Shown: positions 38,994 through 49,373, counted from the first letter of the stretch. The stretch is DNA of 64,000 nt from an uncultured Eubacteriales bacterium (GCA_964584935.1 CAZPBN010000012.1:17094-81093), one strand, 5' to 3'. Translations and numbers: made by a program. The notes: generated by a model not told the origin, from the sequence alone.

Positions 38994-39952
38994 AGGAACG
39001 ATCATTATTCATCCAATCGTCCCCTTTCTTCACTGACAAAGATTCCACTCCAAAAATAATGTACACGGTGATTCTGAGTCTCGTTCCGGCAATCTTTTCA
39101 TCGATTTATTTTTTCAGGATGAAAGCTTTCTTCATTTTCATATCCAGTATCGCAGCCTGTATGATAACCGAAGCCGTGATTCTCTGGATCAGGAAGAAAC
39201 CGTTGAATTCAGTTCTGGACGGATCTGCCATCATAACAGGTCTTCTTCTGGCGATGACTCTTCCCCCTTCCCTACCCCTGGAATTTGTGGCCATTGGCGC
39301 TGTGGCTGCCATTGCCATAGGAAAACAGGTTTTCGGCGGGCTGGGGTACAACATATTCAATCCTGCGTTGGTAGGAAGAGCCTTTCTGCAAACCGCTTTT
39401 CCTGTGGCAATGACAACATGGACTCCTCCCATAACTGTTAAAGTCGACCTTTCAACCTTTGCCACTCCTCTGGCTGATTTAAAATTCGAAGGAATCCTGG
39501 CTTCTCTCAAAGACCTTTTTTGGGGGAATACAGGGGGCTGCATTGGAGAAACATCCGCTTTGGCCCTCATTCTGGGAGGCCTTTATCTTCTCTACAAACA
39601 GACCATTGACTGGCGTATTCCTGCAGGGATTATTCTTTCCTTAAGTGCTTTCACCGGGATTTTCTTCTGGCTGATCAATGACGATAAATACGCGTCTCCA
39701 GTATTTCATATACTCTCCGGGGGACTGCTCATTGGAGCTATTTTTATGGCGACTGATATGGTCACATCCCCCATAACTCCGCGCGGAAGCTGGGTTTATG
39801 CTGTGGGTATCGGAATCAATATTGGACTTATCCGTCTTTTCGGAGGGTTCCCGGAAGGAGTTATGTATTCCATTCTGTTCTGGAATACATTTGTTCCTTT
39901 GATCAACCGTTACACCCGGCCAAAAATCCTGGGAGAGAGGAGGAATTTATGA
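38990..39952 (+). CDS. rnfD: Rnf complex subunit D (NqrB/RnfD family)
   Basis: 320 aa polytopic membrane protein; FMN-attachment region SGGLLIGAIFMATDMVTSP. Confidence 0.85.
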   Translation: MKERSLFIQSSPFFTDKDSTPKIMYTVILSLVPAIFSSIYFFRMKAFFIFISSIAACMITEAVILWIRKKPLNSVLDGSAIITGLLLAMTLPPSLPLEFVAIGAVAAIAIGKQVFGGLGYNIFNPALVGRAFLQTAFPVAMTTWTPPITVKVDLSTFATPLADLKFEGILASLKDLFWGNTGGCIGETSALALILGGLYLLYKQTIDWRIPAGIILSLSAFTGIFFWLINDDKYASPVFHILSGGLLIGAIFMATDMVTSPITPRGSWVYAVGIGINIGLIRLFGGFPEGVMYSILFWNTFVPLINRYTRPKILGERRNL

Positions 39953-40554
39953 ATCTTTCTTTGAGGATGATTCTGGTCTTGACATCTGTGGGCCTTCTCT
40001 CCGGGATTCTCCTCACTGGAGTCAATCTGGCGACAAGAGAAAGAATCGAAGAAAACAAACAACAAGAAATTAAAGATGCCATCACTGACGTCGTTCCTGG
40101 CACTCAATCCAGCCCGGTCATCCATGATGAAGAAAATCTTACTGTCTACAAAGGAACGAACAAAAAAGGGGAAACGACAGGGTATGCCATCTACTCTTCG
40201 GGCACAGGCTTCCAAGACAAAATCACCATTATGCTGGGGATTGATTCGTCTCTTTCCAAAATAAACGACCTTGTTATTCTAGAACAGACAGAAACACCCG
40301 GGCTGGGAGCCAAAATTACAGATGAAAAACTTTTCTTGCGGTTCTGGAAGAATAAGGACATCCGCCAACCATTGACACTTCATGAACCGGCTGTCAACGC
40401 CCCTAATAAACTCGGCCCTTCAGAAGTTAACACAATCACGGGAGCAACCATATCCTCTGAAGCGGTCTTAAATATAGCCAATAAGTCCATAAATCAGGTG
40501 AGATCCCTGTTGGACAAAGAAAAATATAAGAGCAAGGAAAACAATGGCAACTAA
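39949..40554 (+). CDS. rnfG: Rnf complex subunit G (FMN-binding)
   Basis: N-terminal TM anchor, FMN_bind motif TITGATISSEAV. Confidence 0.85.
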   Translation: MNLSLRMILVLTSVGLLSGILLTGVNLATRERIEENKQQEIKDAITDVVPGTQSSPVIHDEENLTVYKGTNKKGETTGYAIYSSGTGFQDKITIMLGIDSSLSKINDLVILEQTETPGLGAKITDEKLFLRFWKNKDIRQPLTLHEPAVNAPNKLGPSEVNTITGATISSEAVLNIANKSINQVRSLLDKEKYKSKENNGN

Positions 40555-41155
40555 AAGTCTCAGTCAAGAATTTGTCAAAGGCTTGTGGGAGGAAAATGCT
40601 GTGTTCCGGCAACTTTTAGGAATGTGTCCCACCCTTGCTGTAACCAATGCGGTTATCAACGGGATTGCCATGGGATTAGCCACCACATTTGTTCTCGTCT
40701 TCAGCTCCCTGGTCATATCATCAATCAAAAAAATAATCCCCAATCAGGTACGCATTGCCTGTTATATTGTGATCATTGCCACTTTTGTCACCATGGCAGA
40801 CCGCTTTCTCGCTGCCTTCTTCCCTCCCATATCCAAGGCACTGGGTCCTTATGTTCCTCTTATTGTGGTGAATTGTATCATCCTGGGAAGACAGGAAGCT
40901 TTTGCTTCAAAAAATCCGGTAGGACGCTCCCTTATCGATGCTTTGGGCATGAGCACCGGCTTTATAATGGCTCTGCTCATACTAAGCTCTATAAGAGAAC
41001 TCCTGGGCACAGGTGCCATTCTGGGATATCAAATAATGGGAACCTGGTTCAAGCCCTGGACCATTATGATTCTCCCTGCAGGAGCATTTATAACCCTGGG
41101 CTTATTACTGGGACTTTTTATTTTTATTGAAAATAAAATAAATCCAAGGAGATAA
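40544..41155 (+). CDS. rnfE: Rnf complex subunit E
   Basis: 203 aa, 6 TM, RnfE/NqrD family. Confidence 0.85.
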   Translation: MATKSLSQEFVKGLWEENAVFRQLLGMCPTLAVTNAVINGIAMGLATTFVLVFSSLVISSIKKIIPNQVRIACYIVIIATFVTMADRFLAAFFPPISKALGPYVPLIVVNCIILGRQEAFASKNPVGRSLIDALGMSTGFIMALLILSSIRELLGTGAILGYQIMGTWFKPWTIMILPAGAFITLGLLLGLFIFIENKINPRR

Positions 41156-41157
41156 AT

Positions 41158-41733
41158 TTGGAACTTATCGCTATTTTCATATCCGCCATATTGATCAACA
41201 ATTTTGTTCTCCATTATTTTCTTGGAATCTGTCCCTTTCTGGGAGTATCAAAAAAAATTGACTCTGCTCTTTCCATGGGACTAGCGGTTACCTTCGTCAT
41301 GACGATCACAGCAGTGGTCTCATGGGTCATCAACAACTGGATTCTCATTCCTAAAAATCTTGACTTTTTACAGATTGTATCATTCATTCTCATCATCGCT
41401 TCTCTGGTTCAACTGGTCGAAATGTTTATCCGTAAAGCAAGCCCTCCTCTTTACCAAGCTCTGGGAATTTATCTCCCCCTCATCACAACCAACTGTTCGA
41501 TCATGGGGCTGGCTCTTCTGGCGGCTCTGAAAGAATATTCATTCTTAGAAGCTGTTGTTTTTGGAATGGGATCTGGAATTGGATTCACCCTCGCCATCGT
41601 ACTGATGGCTGGCATCAGAGAACAATTAGACCTGGCGGATGTGCCGGAGCCTCTAAAAGGCGCAGGCATTTCTCTGATTGTTGCCGGAATCATGGCTCTT
41701 GCATTCTTAGGTTTTTCAGGGATGATAAAATAA
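41158..41733 (+). CDS. rnfA: Rnf complex subunit A
   Basis: 191 aa, 6 TM, RnfA/NqrE family. Confidence 0.85.
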   Translation: MELIAIFISAILINNFVLHYFLGICPFLGVSKKIDSALSMGLAVTFVMTITAVVSWVINNWILIPKNLDFLQIVSFILIIASLVQLVEMFIRKASPPLYQALGIYLPLITTNCSIMGLALLAALKEYSFLEAVVFGMGSGIGFTLAIVLMAGIREQLDLADVPEPLKGAGISLIVAGIMALAFLGFSGMIK

Positions 41734-42569
41734 TGGATTTATTGTGGCCAATTATCACAATGGGTGCCTTGGGGCTCCTGTTCTCAACAGGTCTTGTCTT
41801 TGCCTATAAAAAGCTGAAAGTCTCTATAGATCCAAAAATAGAACAAATTTCAGAGCTGCTTCCCCAGGCTAACTGTGGAGCCTGCGGATTCAGCGGGTGC
41901 CAGGCTTTTGCCGAAGCAGTTGTCAATAATAAGGTTAATCCGAGTGAATGCCCTATTAGCGGAGATGAGACTGCTGAACAAATTGCAGATATACTGGGAG
42001 TGAAATCCGAAGAGAAAAAAGTAAAAAAAGTAGCTCGCATTCTCTGCCGGGGGACCAAAGAAGCCGCCAAAGAGAAAGGGCAATATCTAGGAGTTCCAAG
42101 CTGTGCTTCCGCGCATCTAATTGGAGGGAATAAGAGCTGTTCTTTCGGATGTTTGGGTTTCGGAGATTGTGCTCGAGCCTGCCCTTTTGATGCAATTGAG
42201 ATGAAAGATGACGGTCTCCCTCATATCATCGAAGAAAAATGCACGGCATGCGGAATTTGCGTTGAGGAATGTCCAAGAAATATCATCGAACTTTTTCCTC
42301 TTTCCCAGAATATATTCGTTTTCTGCCGATCCCACGACAATGGCAAGATCTCAAGAAAAGTCTGTAAAAACGCCTGCATTGCTTGTAATATATGTGTCAG
42401 AGCTTGTCCGGAGGCTATCGTTCTCGAAAACAATCTGGCGAAAATCACGGACGTTAAAAAAATTGATGAAGATAAAATTCCTGCCAGCCAGAAATGTCCC
42501 ACAGGAGCTATAGGACTTCTCAAAAAGGAAGACAATAAGGATAACGATAAGGATAATGATGAAAGATAA
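41733..42569 (+). CDS. rnfB: Rnf complex subunit B (polyferredoxin)
   Basis: N-terminal TM, CGACGFSGC motif, multiple CxxCxxCxxxCP ferredoxin motifs, Asp/Lys-rich tail. Confidence 0.85.
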   Translation: MDLLWPIITMGALGLLFSTGLVFAYKKLKVSIDPKIEQISELLPQANCGACGFSGCQAFAEAVVNNKVNPSECPISGDETAEQIADILGVKSEEKKVKKVARILCRGTKEAAKEKGQYLGVPSCASAHLIGGNKSCSFGCLGFGDCARACPFDAIEMKDDGLPHIIEEKCTACGICVEECPRNIIELFPLSQNIFVFCRSHDNGKISRKVCKNACIACNICVRACPEAIVLENNLAKITDVKKIDEDKIPASQKCPTGAIGLLKKEDNKDNDKDNDER

Positions 42570-42996
42570 AGCATTCGTTATAAAAACTGAAAAAAACGGC
42601 ATGGCGCAAGTCAAAGTCACTCCTTCAATCCCTTGTCAAAAATGCCGGGCAAAGGACCTATGTGTAGGAGCCAAACAACATAACGGGCTTTTGAGAGTCA
42701 AAAATCAAATCAATGCTCAAGAGGGAGATAATGTCATCATAGAAATTCCGGATACATATTACAATAAAAATCTCATCTTTCTTTTCACTTCTCTTCTTTT
42801 GGCTTCTCTCTTGGGGATGACTGCCGGGTATCTATTGTCTTCATTCATTCCCTTCTCCCCTCAGACCACAAGTGTGGCTGGGCTTTTTGTTTCAGTTGTC
42901 ATAGCTGGAGTTGTTCTTTTTCGCATACTCCGCAAGAAAAACAATTCAGATTTTTTTCCGGTTATAATAAATATACAGGGAGGTTCTCATGGATAG
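42556..42996 (+). CDS. rseC: RseC/MucC family protein (Rnf-associated, SoxR-reducing-system component-like)
   Basis: 146 aa; N-terminal Cys cluster CQKCRAKDLC followed by two TM helices; overlaps the rnfB stop. Confidence 0.65.
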   Translation: MMKDKAFVIKTEKNGMAQVKVTPSIPCQKCRAKDLCVGAKQHNGLLRVKNQINAQEGDNVIIEIPDTYYNKNLIFLFTSLLLASLLGMTAGYLLSSFIPFSPQTTSVAGLFVSVVIAGVVLFRILRKKNNSDFFPVIINIQGGSHG

Positions 42997-43720
42997 ACGC
43001 AATTTCTTTAAAAAAGTACTGGTGACACCAGCTCTGTTTCCTTTTCTTTTTGCATCCAAATCGCAAAACCACTCTTTTGATCTCTTTATCATCTCAGAAA
43101 AACCATCTTCCATTCTCATTAAACTATTGGAAGGGCTAAAAGTATACGGTATGAATCCCGGGAAGAAATTTTCTTTTTTAAATAAACATCCTAAGGAAAA
43201 ATTTCTTATAAAAACTCTCTCCGGCAAAGGATTGAAACTCACCCAGAAAAACCAATGGGCAGATTTCACTCTTAGTTTCAGCCGTTTGCAGCGTTCCTGC
43301 TTTCCTTCATTCTCATTAGTCAAAGAAGGAAACTTGTTGGATATCAGATCCAGAGATCTCTATTCCCTGTGGAAAAAAATGAGCAAGAGTCAGCCTTCAT
43401 CCATGGTCACCGTTGCGACGTTCCAATCCAATTACAAATCATTGAACCCAGGAAAAACAGCTTCTGTCTTCATAAATGGAGAAATGACAGAGAAAATAAG
43501 TTTATATAATAATGCCGTTAAAACCTATCATCTTAAAAATGGAACAATAAACGTTGTGGTTTCTGAAAGAAAAGCCTGGATATCCGATTCGTGCTGTCCC
43601 CAAAAGATTTGTTTATATTCCACACCCATATCACTGGAAGGCGAAAGAATTATCTGTGCTCCCAATCATTTCCTTATACAAATAGACTCTTCTTCTTTGA
43701 TTGACACTGTCATCGGATAA
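42989..43720 (+). CDS. Tat-signal (RRNFFKK) exported protein of unknown function, translationally coupled to rseC
   Basis: MDRRNFFKKVLVTPALFPFLFAS twin-arginine signal. C-terminal Cys motifs SDSCCPQKICL and IICAPN. No assignable domain. Confidence 0.4.
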   Translation: MDRRNFFKKVLVTPALFPFLFASKSQNHSFDLFIISEKPSSILIKLLEGLKVYGMNPGKKFSFLNKHPKEKFLIKTLSGKGLKLTQKNQWADFTLSFSRLQRSCFPSFSLVKEGNLLDIRSRDLYSLWKKMSKSQPSSMVTVATFQSNYKSLNPGKTASVFINGEMTEKISLYNNAVKTYHLKNGTINVVVSERKAWISDSCCPQKICLYSTPISLEGERIICAPNHFLIQIDSSSLIDTVIG

Positions 43721-43760
43721 AAGATCAAAAATAATAAATTTTAACTTTAAGAAGTAAAAG

Positions 43761-44870
43761 TCAAATTTTCATCGGCATTAATACATATGAGTATTCCATG
43801 TCTTCTTCTGATTCAGGCCGCATCAGGACTGCATTATTCTCATCTTTTAATTCAAATCGGACCTTATCTGATTTCACTGTTGACAAAAAATCAAGTAAGT
43901 ATTGGGAGTTAAATCCTATTTCGATGTTTTTCCCTTTATAATCGATATCGATCTTATCTCTGGCTTCACCTATCTCTGGGTTCGAGGAAAACAGCCTGAT
44001 TTTATCCTTTTCTATAAAAAATTTGACTCCTTTTGACCTTTCCGTGGAAAGTAAAGAAACTCTTCGTATAGAACTGGCAAGCTCTTCTCTGGAGAGGACT
44101 AAAGTATTGGGATTGTCTTTGGGAATGACTGTTTCATAGTTAGGAAATTTTCCTTCTATAATACGAGAAACCAGTATTCTGTTGTCCGTTTTGAAAAACA
44201 AATTGTTTTCGTCCAAATCAAACTCTATATTATCTTCTTCAAATTTTTTCAACTCATTCAATGTTTTCTTGGAAATGATCACACTGATTTCATTCTCCAA
44301 TTTCAGTTTTTCTAACATTCTTGACGTATAAGCCAATCTATGACCATCCGTGCTTATGAGTTTAACGTTGTTGTCGCTGAGACTAAGTAGAGCACCATTT
44401 AAATAATACCTGTGTTCCTGAGTTATGGCATAAAACACACCATTGATCATTTCTTTCAATTTCTCCAAGGGAAAATTTATGTTTTTTTCAAATTTAGGTA
44501 TTGGCACTTGGGGATAATCTTCTTTAGGCAAACATAGAACCTTGAATTCAGATACTCCTGACTTGATTTCCATTACTAAATCGCTTCCTTCTGTGAACGT
44601 TATTTTTTTATCATCAGGAAGGGATTTGATTATTTCAAAAAGTTTCGTTCCTGAAATGGTGGTTGCACCTGGTTCTTCAACAGACGCATCTGAAATTGTT
44701 TTGAGTCCTACTTCAAGGTCTGTTCCAATCATATTGATATAATTTTCCGATGTTTCAATCAGTATATTTGCAAGAATGGGCATTGTATTTCTCTTTTCAA
44801 CGATTCCTTGAAGTAATGATAGTTCTGTAAAAATCTTTGTTTTATCCACTGTAAATTTCATTTTATTCAC
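43761..44870 (-). CDS. dnaN: DNA polymerase III beta sliding clamp
   Basis: 369 aa, MKFTVDKTKIFTELSLLQGIVEKRNTMPILANILIE N-terminus, GTG start. Confidence 0.9.
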   Translation of the reverse strand: MNKMKFTVDKTKIFTELSLLQGIVEKRNTMPILANILIETSENYINMIGTDLEVGLKTISDASVEEPGATTISGTKLFEIIKSLPDDKKITFTEGSDLVMEIKSGVSEFKVLCLPKEDYPQVPIPKFEKNINFPLEKLKEMINGVFYAITQEHRYYLNGALLSLSDNNVKLISTDGHRLAYTSRMLEKLKLENEISVIISKKTLNELKKFEEDNIEFDLDENNLFFKTDNRILVSRIIEGKFPNYETVIPKDNPNTLVLSREELASSIRRVSLLSTERSKGVKFFIEKDKIRLFSSNPEIGEARDKIDIDYKGKNIEIGFNSQYLLDFLSTVKSDKVRFELKDENNAVLMRPESEEDMEYSYVLMPMKI

Positions 44871-44880
44871 CTTTCAACAG

Positions 44881-44940
44881 TATATTTATATATTATTATT
44901 ATTTATTAATAAAGATATAATATTAAATAAATACACTGTT
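44881..44940. other. AT-rich candidate DNA unwinding element between dnaA and dnaN
   Basis: About 60 nt at >90% AT (TATATTTATATATTATTATTATTTATTAATAAAGATATAATATTAAATAAATAC). DnaA-box-like TTATCCACT (44842-44850) and TTATTCACC (44863-44871) lie at its edge. Confidence 0.4.
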
Positions 44941-44978
44941 GATTTGTATAAAACTTTTGTAAGATATTGATTTCACTG

Positions 44979-46307
44979 TTATATACTCTCTGTCAAGTTG
45001 TTTATTTCTCTGTTAAAATTTTGATTATCACTTCTTAATTTCTCTATTTTCCTTATGCTGTGAATTACAGTGGTGTGGTGTTTTCCGCCAAATTTTTTTC
45101 CAATTTCCGGTAATGATGTTTTTGTCAATTCCTTTGAAAGATACATTGCGACCTGACGGGGGAAAGCTATTTTTGGAGAGTTGTTTTTTGATTTAAGCTG
45201 AGACAGCTTTATTTTATATTTATGACAAACTAACTTTTGTATTTTTTCCACAGTCACAACGGTTGAAGAGGATGATAACAAACTGTTCAGAGCTTCTTTT
45301 GTGATATCCATATCGATTTCTTTTCCTTTTAAGGAGGAATAAGCAATCACCCGTCTTAGATATCCTTCCAATTCCCTTATATTAGAGTGAACTTTGTCTG
45401 CAATGAATAAGGCAATACTTTCTGGTAAAGAAACTCCTTCCATCTCTGCTTTTTTATTAAGAATGGCAATTCTGGTTTCGATATCAGGCGGTTTGAGATC
45501 GGCAATTAAACCCCATTCGAAGCGGGAGCGGAATCTGTCTTCAAGATTTCGAATTTCTTTGGGTGAGCAGTCACTCGATATCACGATTTGTTTTTGGTTG
45601 TCGTAAAGATGATTGAACGTATGGAAGAATTCTTCTTTTGTTCTTTCCCTGCCAGAAAGGTAATGAATATCATCCATTAAAAGGACATCAATGGTTCTGT
45701 ATTTTTGACGAAAATCAAGAATTTTTCCGTATTGAAGATGATTGATCAAATCATTCATAAATTTCTCTGTTGTTATGTATAAGATTTTCTTCGCCGTGGA
45801 ATTCTCAAAAACACAATGCCCTATGGCATTCATTAAGTGTGTCTTTCCAAGACCAGCTCCCCCATAGATGAATAGAGGGTTGTAAGATTTTGTTGTCTTT
45901 TTTGCGACAGCTAAAGCAGCCGCATGGGCAAACTGATTGCATGAGCCCACCACAAAATTATCGAATGTGTAGTTGGGATTGAGATTTGGATTTAAAAGAG
46001 TCCCGTGCTTCACTCTTCTTTCATAGGGAGCCCGGCGGATGAACGAAGACGGGGTTTCATTATATATATATTTTATATCATAAATTTTATTGAATACTTC
46101 ACTCGAGCATTTGTTTATGAGCGATGAATAATGAAAAGAAAGCCAGTCCTTGAAGTATGAATTGGGTACTTTGACATAGAGACTGTCGGCTTCATCTCCG
46201 ATGTAACTTGTGGGTTCAAACCAGGTTTCAAAGCTTTTCCAATCGATTTTTTTCTTGATTTCATTTAAGATTTTCTGCCAAAGATTAATCTTTTCTGTAG
46301 GTTCCAT
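44979..46307 (-). CDS. dnaA: Chromosomal replication initiator DnaA
   Basis: 442 aa, Walker A GGAGLGKTHLMNAIGH, DnaA domain IV HTH at the C-terminus. Confidence 0.95.
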   Translation of the reverse strand: MEPTEKINLWQKILNEIKKKIDWKSFETWFEPTSYIGDEADSLYVKVPNSYFKDWLSFHYSSLINKCSSEVFNKIYDIKYIYNETPSSFIRRAPYERRVKHGTLLNPNLNPNYTFDNFVVGSCNQFAHAAALAVAKKTTKSYNPLFIYGGAGLGKTHLMNAIGHCVFENSTAKKILYITTEKFMNDLINHLQYGKILDFRQKYRTIDVLLMDDIHYLSGRERTKEEFFHTFNHLYDNQKQIVISSDCSPKEIRNLEDRFRSRFEWGLIADLKPPDIETRIAILNKKAEMEGVSLPESIALFIADKVHSNIRELEGYLRRVIAYSSLKGKEIDMDITKEALNSLLSSSSTVVTVEKIQKLVCHKYKIKLSQLKSKNNSPKIAFPRQVAMYLSKELTKTSLPEIGKKFGGKHHTTVIHSIRKIEKLRSDNQNFNREINNLTESI

Positions 46308-46319
46308 TTAGAGACATCA

Positions 46320-46351
46320 GTTTTCCACACACTTATCCACAGCTGTGGAAA
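46320..46351. promoter_or_regulatory. DnaA-box cluster upstream of dnaA (oriC / dnaA autoregulation)
   Basis: TTTTCCACA (46320-46328), perfect TTATCCACA (46332-46340) and inverted TGTGGAAAA (46343-46351) within 32 bp. Confidence 0.6.
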
Positions 46352-46439
46352 ACCTCCTTTAAATTGGATTTTTTGAAGACAAATCGAAGTTATAATAGCA
46401 TGCTTATTTTTGGATTTCAAGCAATTTTATATTTTTTTT

Positions 46440-49373
46440 TTAAAAGTCAAAACCGATCCATAATTTCGTCTCAAAATTATCTGTGACATCGAGGTCAAAG
46501 GGACTTGAAATATCAGAAATACCAATTCTTTTCACAAATTCAATGTGAACAGGAAACCCGAGGAAGAAGAACTGGAAACCAAAACCGTAGGAACCCAAAG
46601 CATCGAAAACGAGAAGACCTTGTTCGTAATCAAATATATAAATATGACTTCCATATCCCTTGATTTTTGCTCTTGACATATCAAAAAATATTGTTCCCCG
46701 GACAGGACCGATTTGGCCGATTAATGTGGATGCATTATTGATCACCGGAAACCTGAATTCTATATTGGCATACCAGCCTTCATTGGCAATGATGCTGTAA
46801 TAATAGGCAGAACGCACCTGGTTGTTTCCTCCATAGTAAAAAACGAATGGATTTTCTCCGAAACTGGAGAATCCTTTGAATCTCGTGGCAAAAAGAAAAT
46901 CACCGCCCAGATAGAGGTACTGTCTGAGATCTGCTTCGAGGGTTGTGTTGTCAATAAAGTTGCTGGTAATGGGAATGGACTGACGGGCAGAAAGACTGAA
47001 GGTGTTTCCTGTGAAAGGACCATATGATTTGAATCGGGTTGTTTCTCCCACAAAAGCAAGAGATGCCGCAAGGAGATTGCCATTCCAGAATTGGCCGAAA
47101 TTGGAAGTGGTGAGATAGGCAAAATCTTCTTCATAGTTGTAAAAACCCAAACCGGCTTCTAAACGGAGAAACTTGCTTAGAGGATAAAGGGCTTGCAAAA
47201 AAACTCCTGTAATTTTGCGGGTGGCAATGGCTTGGTCGTATGATAATCTGTAATATAAGGTCGGATCGAAGTAATAATATTCAGGATAGTAAAATATTGT
47301 GTAGTGAAAAGCGCTCGCCATATACTGCAACCGTCTTTTTCTATTGATAAAAGAAAAACTGTAGGAACGGAATGTCCTTACCTGGTAGGCACTCAGAGTA
47401 AAAGTGTAGTCTTGAAAAAGGTCTGAAAACGATATGGACGTTCCTCCAAAGATGGAACCGTCGGTTGTGACCAGAGCTTCAACTGGAGGTTTTGAAGTCA
47501 GGAAAAATTTTTGCATTCCCTTATAAGGGCTGATTTTCTTTTCGTTTATATCAAAAGTGAGAATGGGCTCAAATTTTTGGTATTCTTCATCTGATTCCTT
47601 TTTCTCAAATTGGATTGTTCTTTCTTCTGTTCCTTCAAATTCGCTTATGTACACTTGGAAAGCGCTTTTGTTGAAGGATGAGAATAAAATTTTTTTGGAA
47701 TCAGAAGGAAGGGGAGTGGGAAGGAAATTTCCAGTTCTGACATCAGTGTATCTGACAAGCTTTCCTGTATCTAATTCCAGAGAATATAGATTGTAAGCAT
47801 CCCTTTGGTCTCCGGAGAAATATATTTTTTTGGAGTCAGGAGAGAAACAGGGAGTTATTGAGTTATTGTCACCAAAAGTCAACTGTGTTTTTTCCCTTAA
47901 ATCATTTGCCGGGGAAAGAAAAAGCTTGTCATATTCCCCGATATGAATTGTGTAGGCAATCAGCTTGCCATCCGGTGATATTGTGGGGGCTTTTTCAAAT
48001 AAATCATCGTTGGTTAACTTTTTTGTTTTCTCTGTAGAAAGATTTATTTTAAAGATATCGTGTTTTCCTTCGTGAAAGGCAGAAAATAAAAGCTCTTTTC
48101 CTCCAGGGTAAAAACAGGGAGAGGAAGGCTGGTCAAAAGGAATCTCAATTTTTCTCATTGTCTTTCCGGTGATAGAGTCGAGAAGAATAAGAGAATGTTT
48201 TTCCCCAACTCTTCCAAAAATTGCCAAGGTATTCCCGTCATCAGACCAGGACAAATCTCTTCCTTTTGAAGGGAAAATTTCGCTTTTGATATATTCGTAT
48301 TTGAGAGTATAGCCTTTGGTTATATTCTTAATAACAGAACCGTCTTTGACGGAGAGCAAGAGAATATCGCTTTCCCCGGATTTGACATTAATGGTTATGG
48401 TTGCAAGAACTTCTCCTGAAGGAGAAAGAGTATGAGAATAATTGAAAAAGTAAGGGTTGACCGGATAATTAGGACCAATTGGGAGGCTGTAATCTTCAGG
48501 ATTGCCTCTTAAAAAAAAGTCTTTATACCGGTTTCTCAGGTATTTTTTAAATTCGTGATAAAATTGCTTGAAGTCTTTATCAAAGACGTCATTGATGATT
48601 GGCTGCTTTTTAACAATTCCAAGACGAGGAAATTTCTTCATAGAATACCAAAGGTTCCTGATATACGCTTTTCCGTATTTTTCTTCGATGAATTCATAGA
48701 TAGCATGTCCAAAATTATAAGGGATCCTGAGCATAGGATAATTAGATTTCAAGGAACCATCCTCGGTTAAAACAGGAATCCGGTCGTTAAGAACAGCATC
48801 TCTGACCACTAAAGAGTCAAGAGTATTCCAGGTTTTGCTGTTGTATTCCGAGAATCCTTCCATGATCCATAGGGGAGGTTGGGAAAGGGTGTATAATGAG
48901 TTCCCTGGGCTTCCCCATAGAAGGTCAAACTCAAAAATATGGGTTAATTCGTGTTCTATAAGATTCTGCATTTCATCGAGAGTCATATCTCCCCTGATCA
49001 CCAATCGGTGAAGAATCGGTTCAGCAAATCCTAATACGCCAGGACTGACTCGCCCCAGATTCGTTTGTTCAAAGTCCGTGGAGGTTAAATAGTAAATCAG
49101 GGGAACCCGTTGAGAAAGATGATGCCTGAGAACCTGGCTTATTTGTTGGTAGGCGCTTTCAGCCATATTGGCAATTTCTTTGAGAATTTCTGGGGTTTTG
49201 ACATAATAGTAGATGTCGAAATGCTCAGTCTTATAGTGTTCCCATTGAATATTTTTATAAATGACTTTATTTTTTCCGTAATAAGGAAAATACACAGATT
49301 GGGCAAGAACAGAAGGAATTAAAAAAGATGAGATAAGAAGAAACGTTATGAGAATTGAAATATTTTTATTCAT
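46440..49373 (-). CDS. Secreted outer-membrane protein: HExxH zincin-like N-domain + PD40/TolB-type beta-propeller + C-terminal Omp85-like beta-barrel
   Basis: Signal peptide LIPSVLAQS; HELTHIFE...EGFSEY gluzincin-like motif; five PD40-like repeats (SPSGEVLA, DDGNTLAIFG, PGGKELLF, SPDGKLIAY, SPDSKKIYF); C-terminal ~400 aa rich in amphipathic beta-strands, ending ...LWIGFDF with terminal Phe. Confidence 0.5.
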   Translation of the reverse strand: MNKNISILITFLLISSFLIPSVLAQSVYFPYYGKNKVIYKNIQWEHYKTEHFDIYYYVKTPEILKEIANMAESAYQQISQVLRHHLSQRVPLIYYLTSTDFEQTNLGRVSPGVLGFAEPILHRLVIRGDMTLDEMQNLIEHELTHIFEFDLLWGSPGNSLYTLSQPPLWIMEGFSEYNSKTWNTLDSLVVRDAVLNDRIPVLTEDGSLKSNYPMLRIPYNFGHAIYEFIEEKYGKAYIRNLWYSMKKFPRLGIVKKQPIINDVFDKDFKQFYHEFKKYLRNRYKDFFLRGNPEDYSLPIGPNYPVNPYFFNYSHTLSPSGEVLATITINVKSGESDILLLSVKDGSVIKNITKGYTLKYEYIKSEIFPSKGRDLSWSDDGNTLAIFGRVGEKHSLILLDSITGKTMRKIEIPFDQPSSPCFYPGGKELLFSAFHEGKHDIFKINLSTEKTKKLTNDDLFEKAPTISPDGKLIAYTIHIGEYDKLFLSPANDLREKTQLTFGDNNSITPCFSPDSKKIYFSGDQRDAYNLYSLELDTGKLVRYTDVRTGNFLPTPLPSDSKKILFSSFNKSAFQVYISEFEGTEERTIQFEKKESDEEYQKFEPILTFDINEKKISPYKGMQKFFLTSKPPVEALVTTDGSIFGGTSISFSDLFQDYTFTLSAYQVRTFRSYSFSFINRKRRLQYMASAFHYTIFYYPEYYYFDPTLYYRLSYDQAIATRKITGVFLQALYPLSKFLRLEAGLGFYNYEEDFAYLTTSNFGQFWNGNLLAASLAFVGETTRFKSYGPFTGNTFSLSARQSIPITSNFIDNTTLEADLRQYLYLGGDFLFATRFKGFSSFGENPFVFYYGGNNQVRSAYYYSIIANEGWYANIEFRFPVINNASTLIGQIGPVRGTIFFDMSRAKIKGYGSHIYIFDYEQGLLVFDALGSYGFGFQFFFLGFPVHIEFVKRIGISDISSPFDLDVTDNFETKLWIGFDF

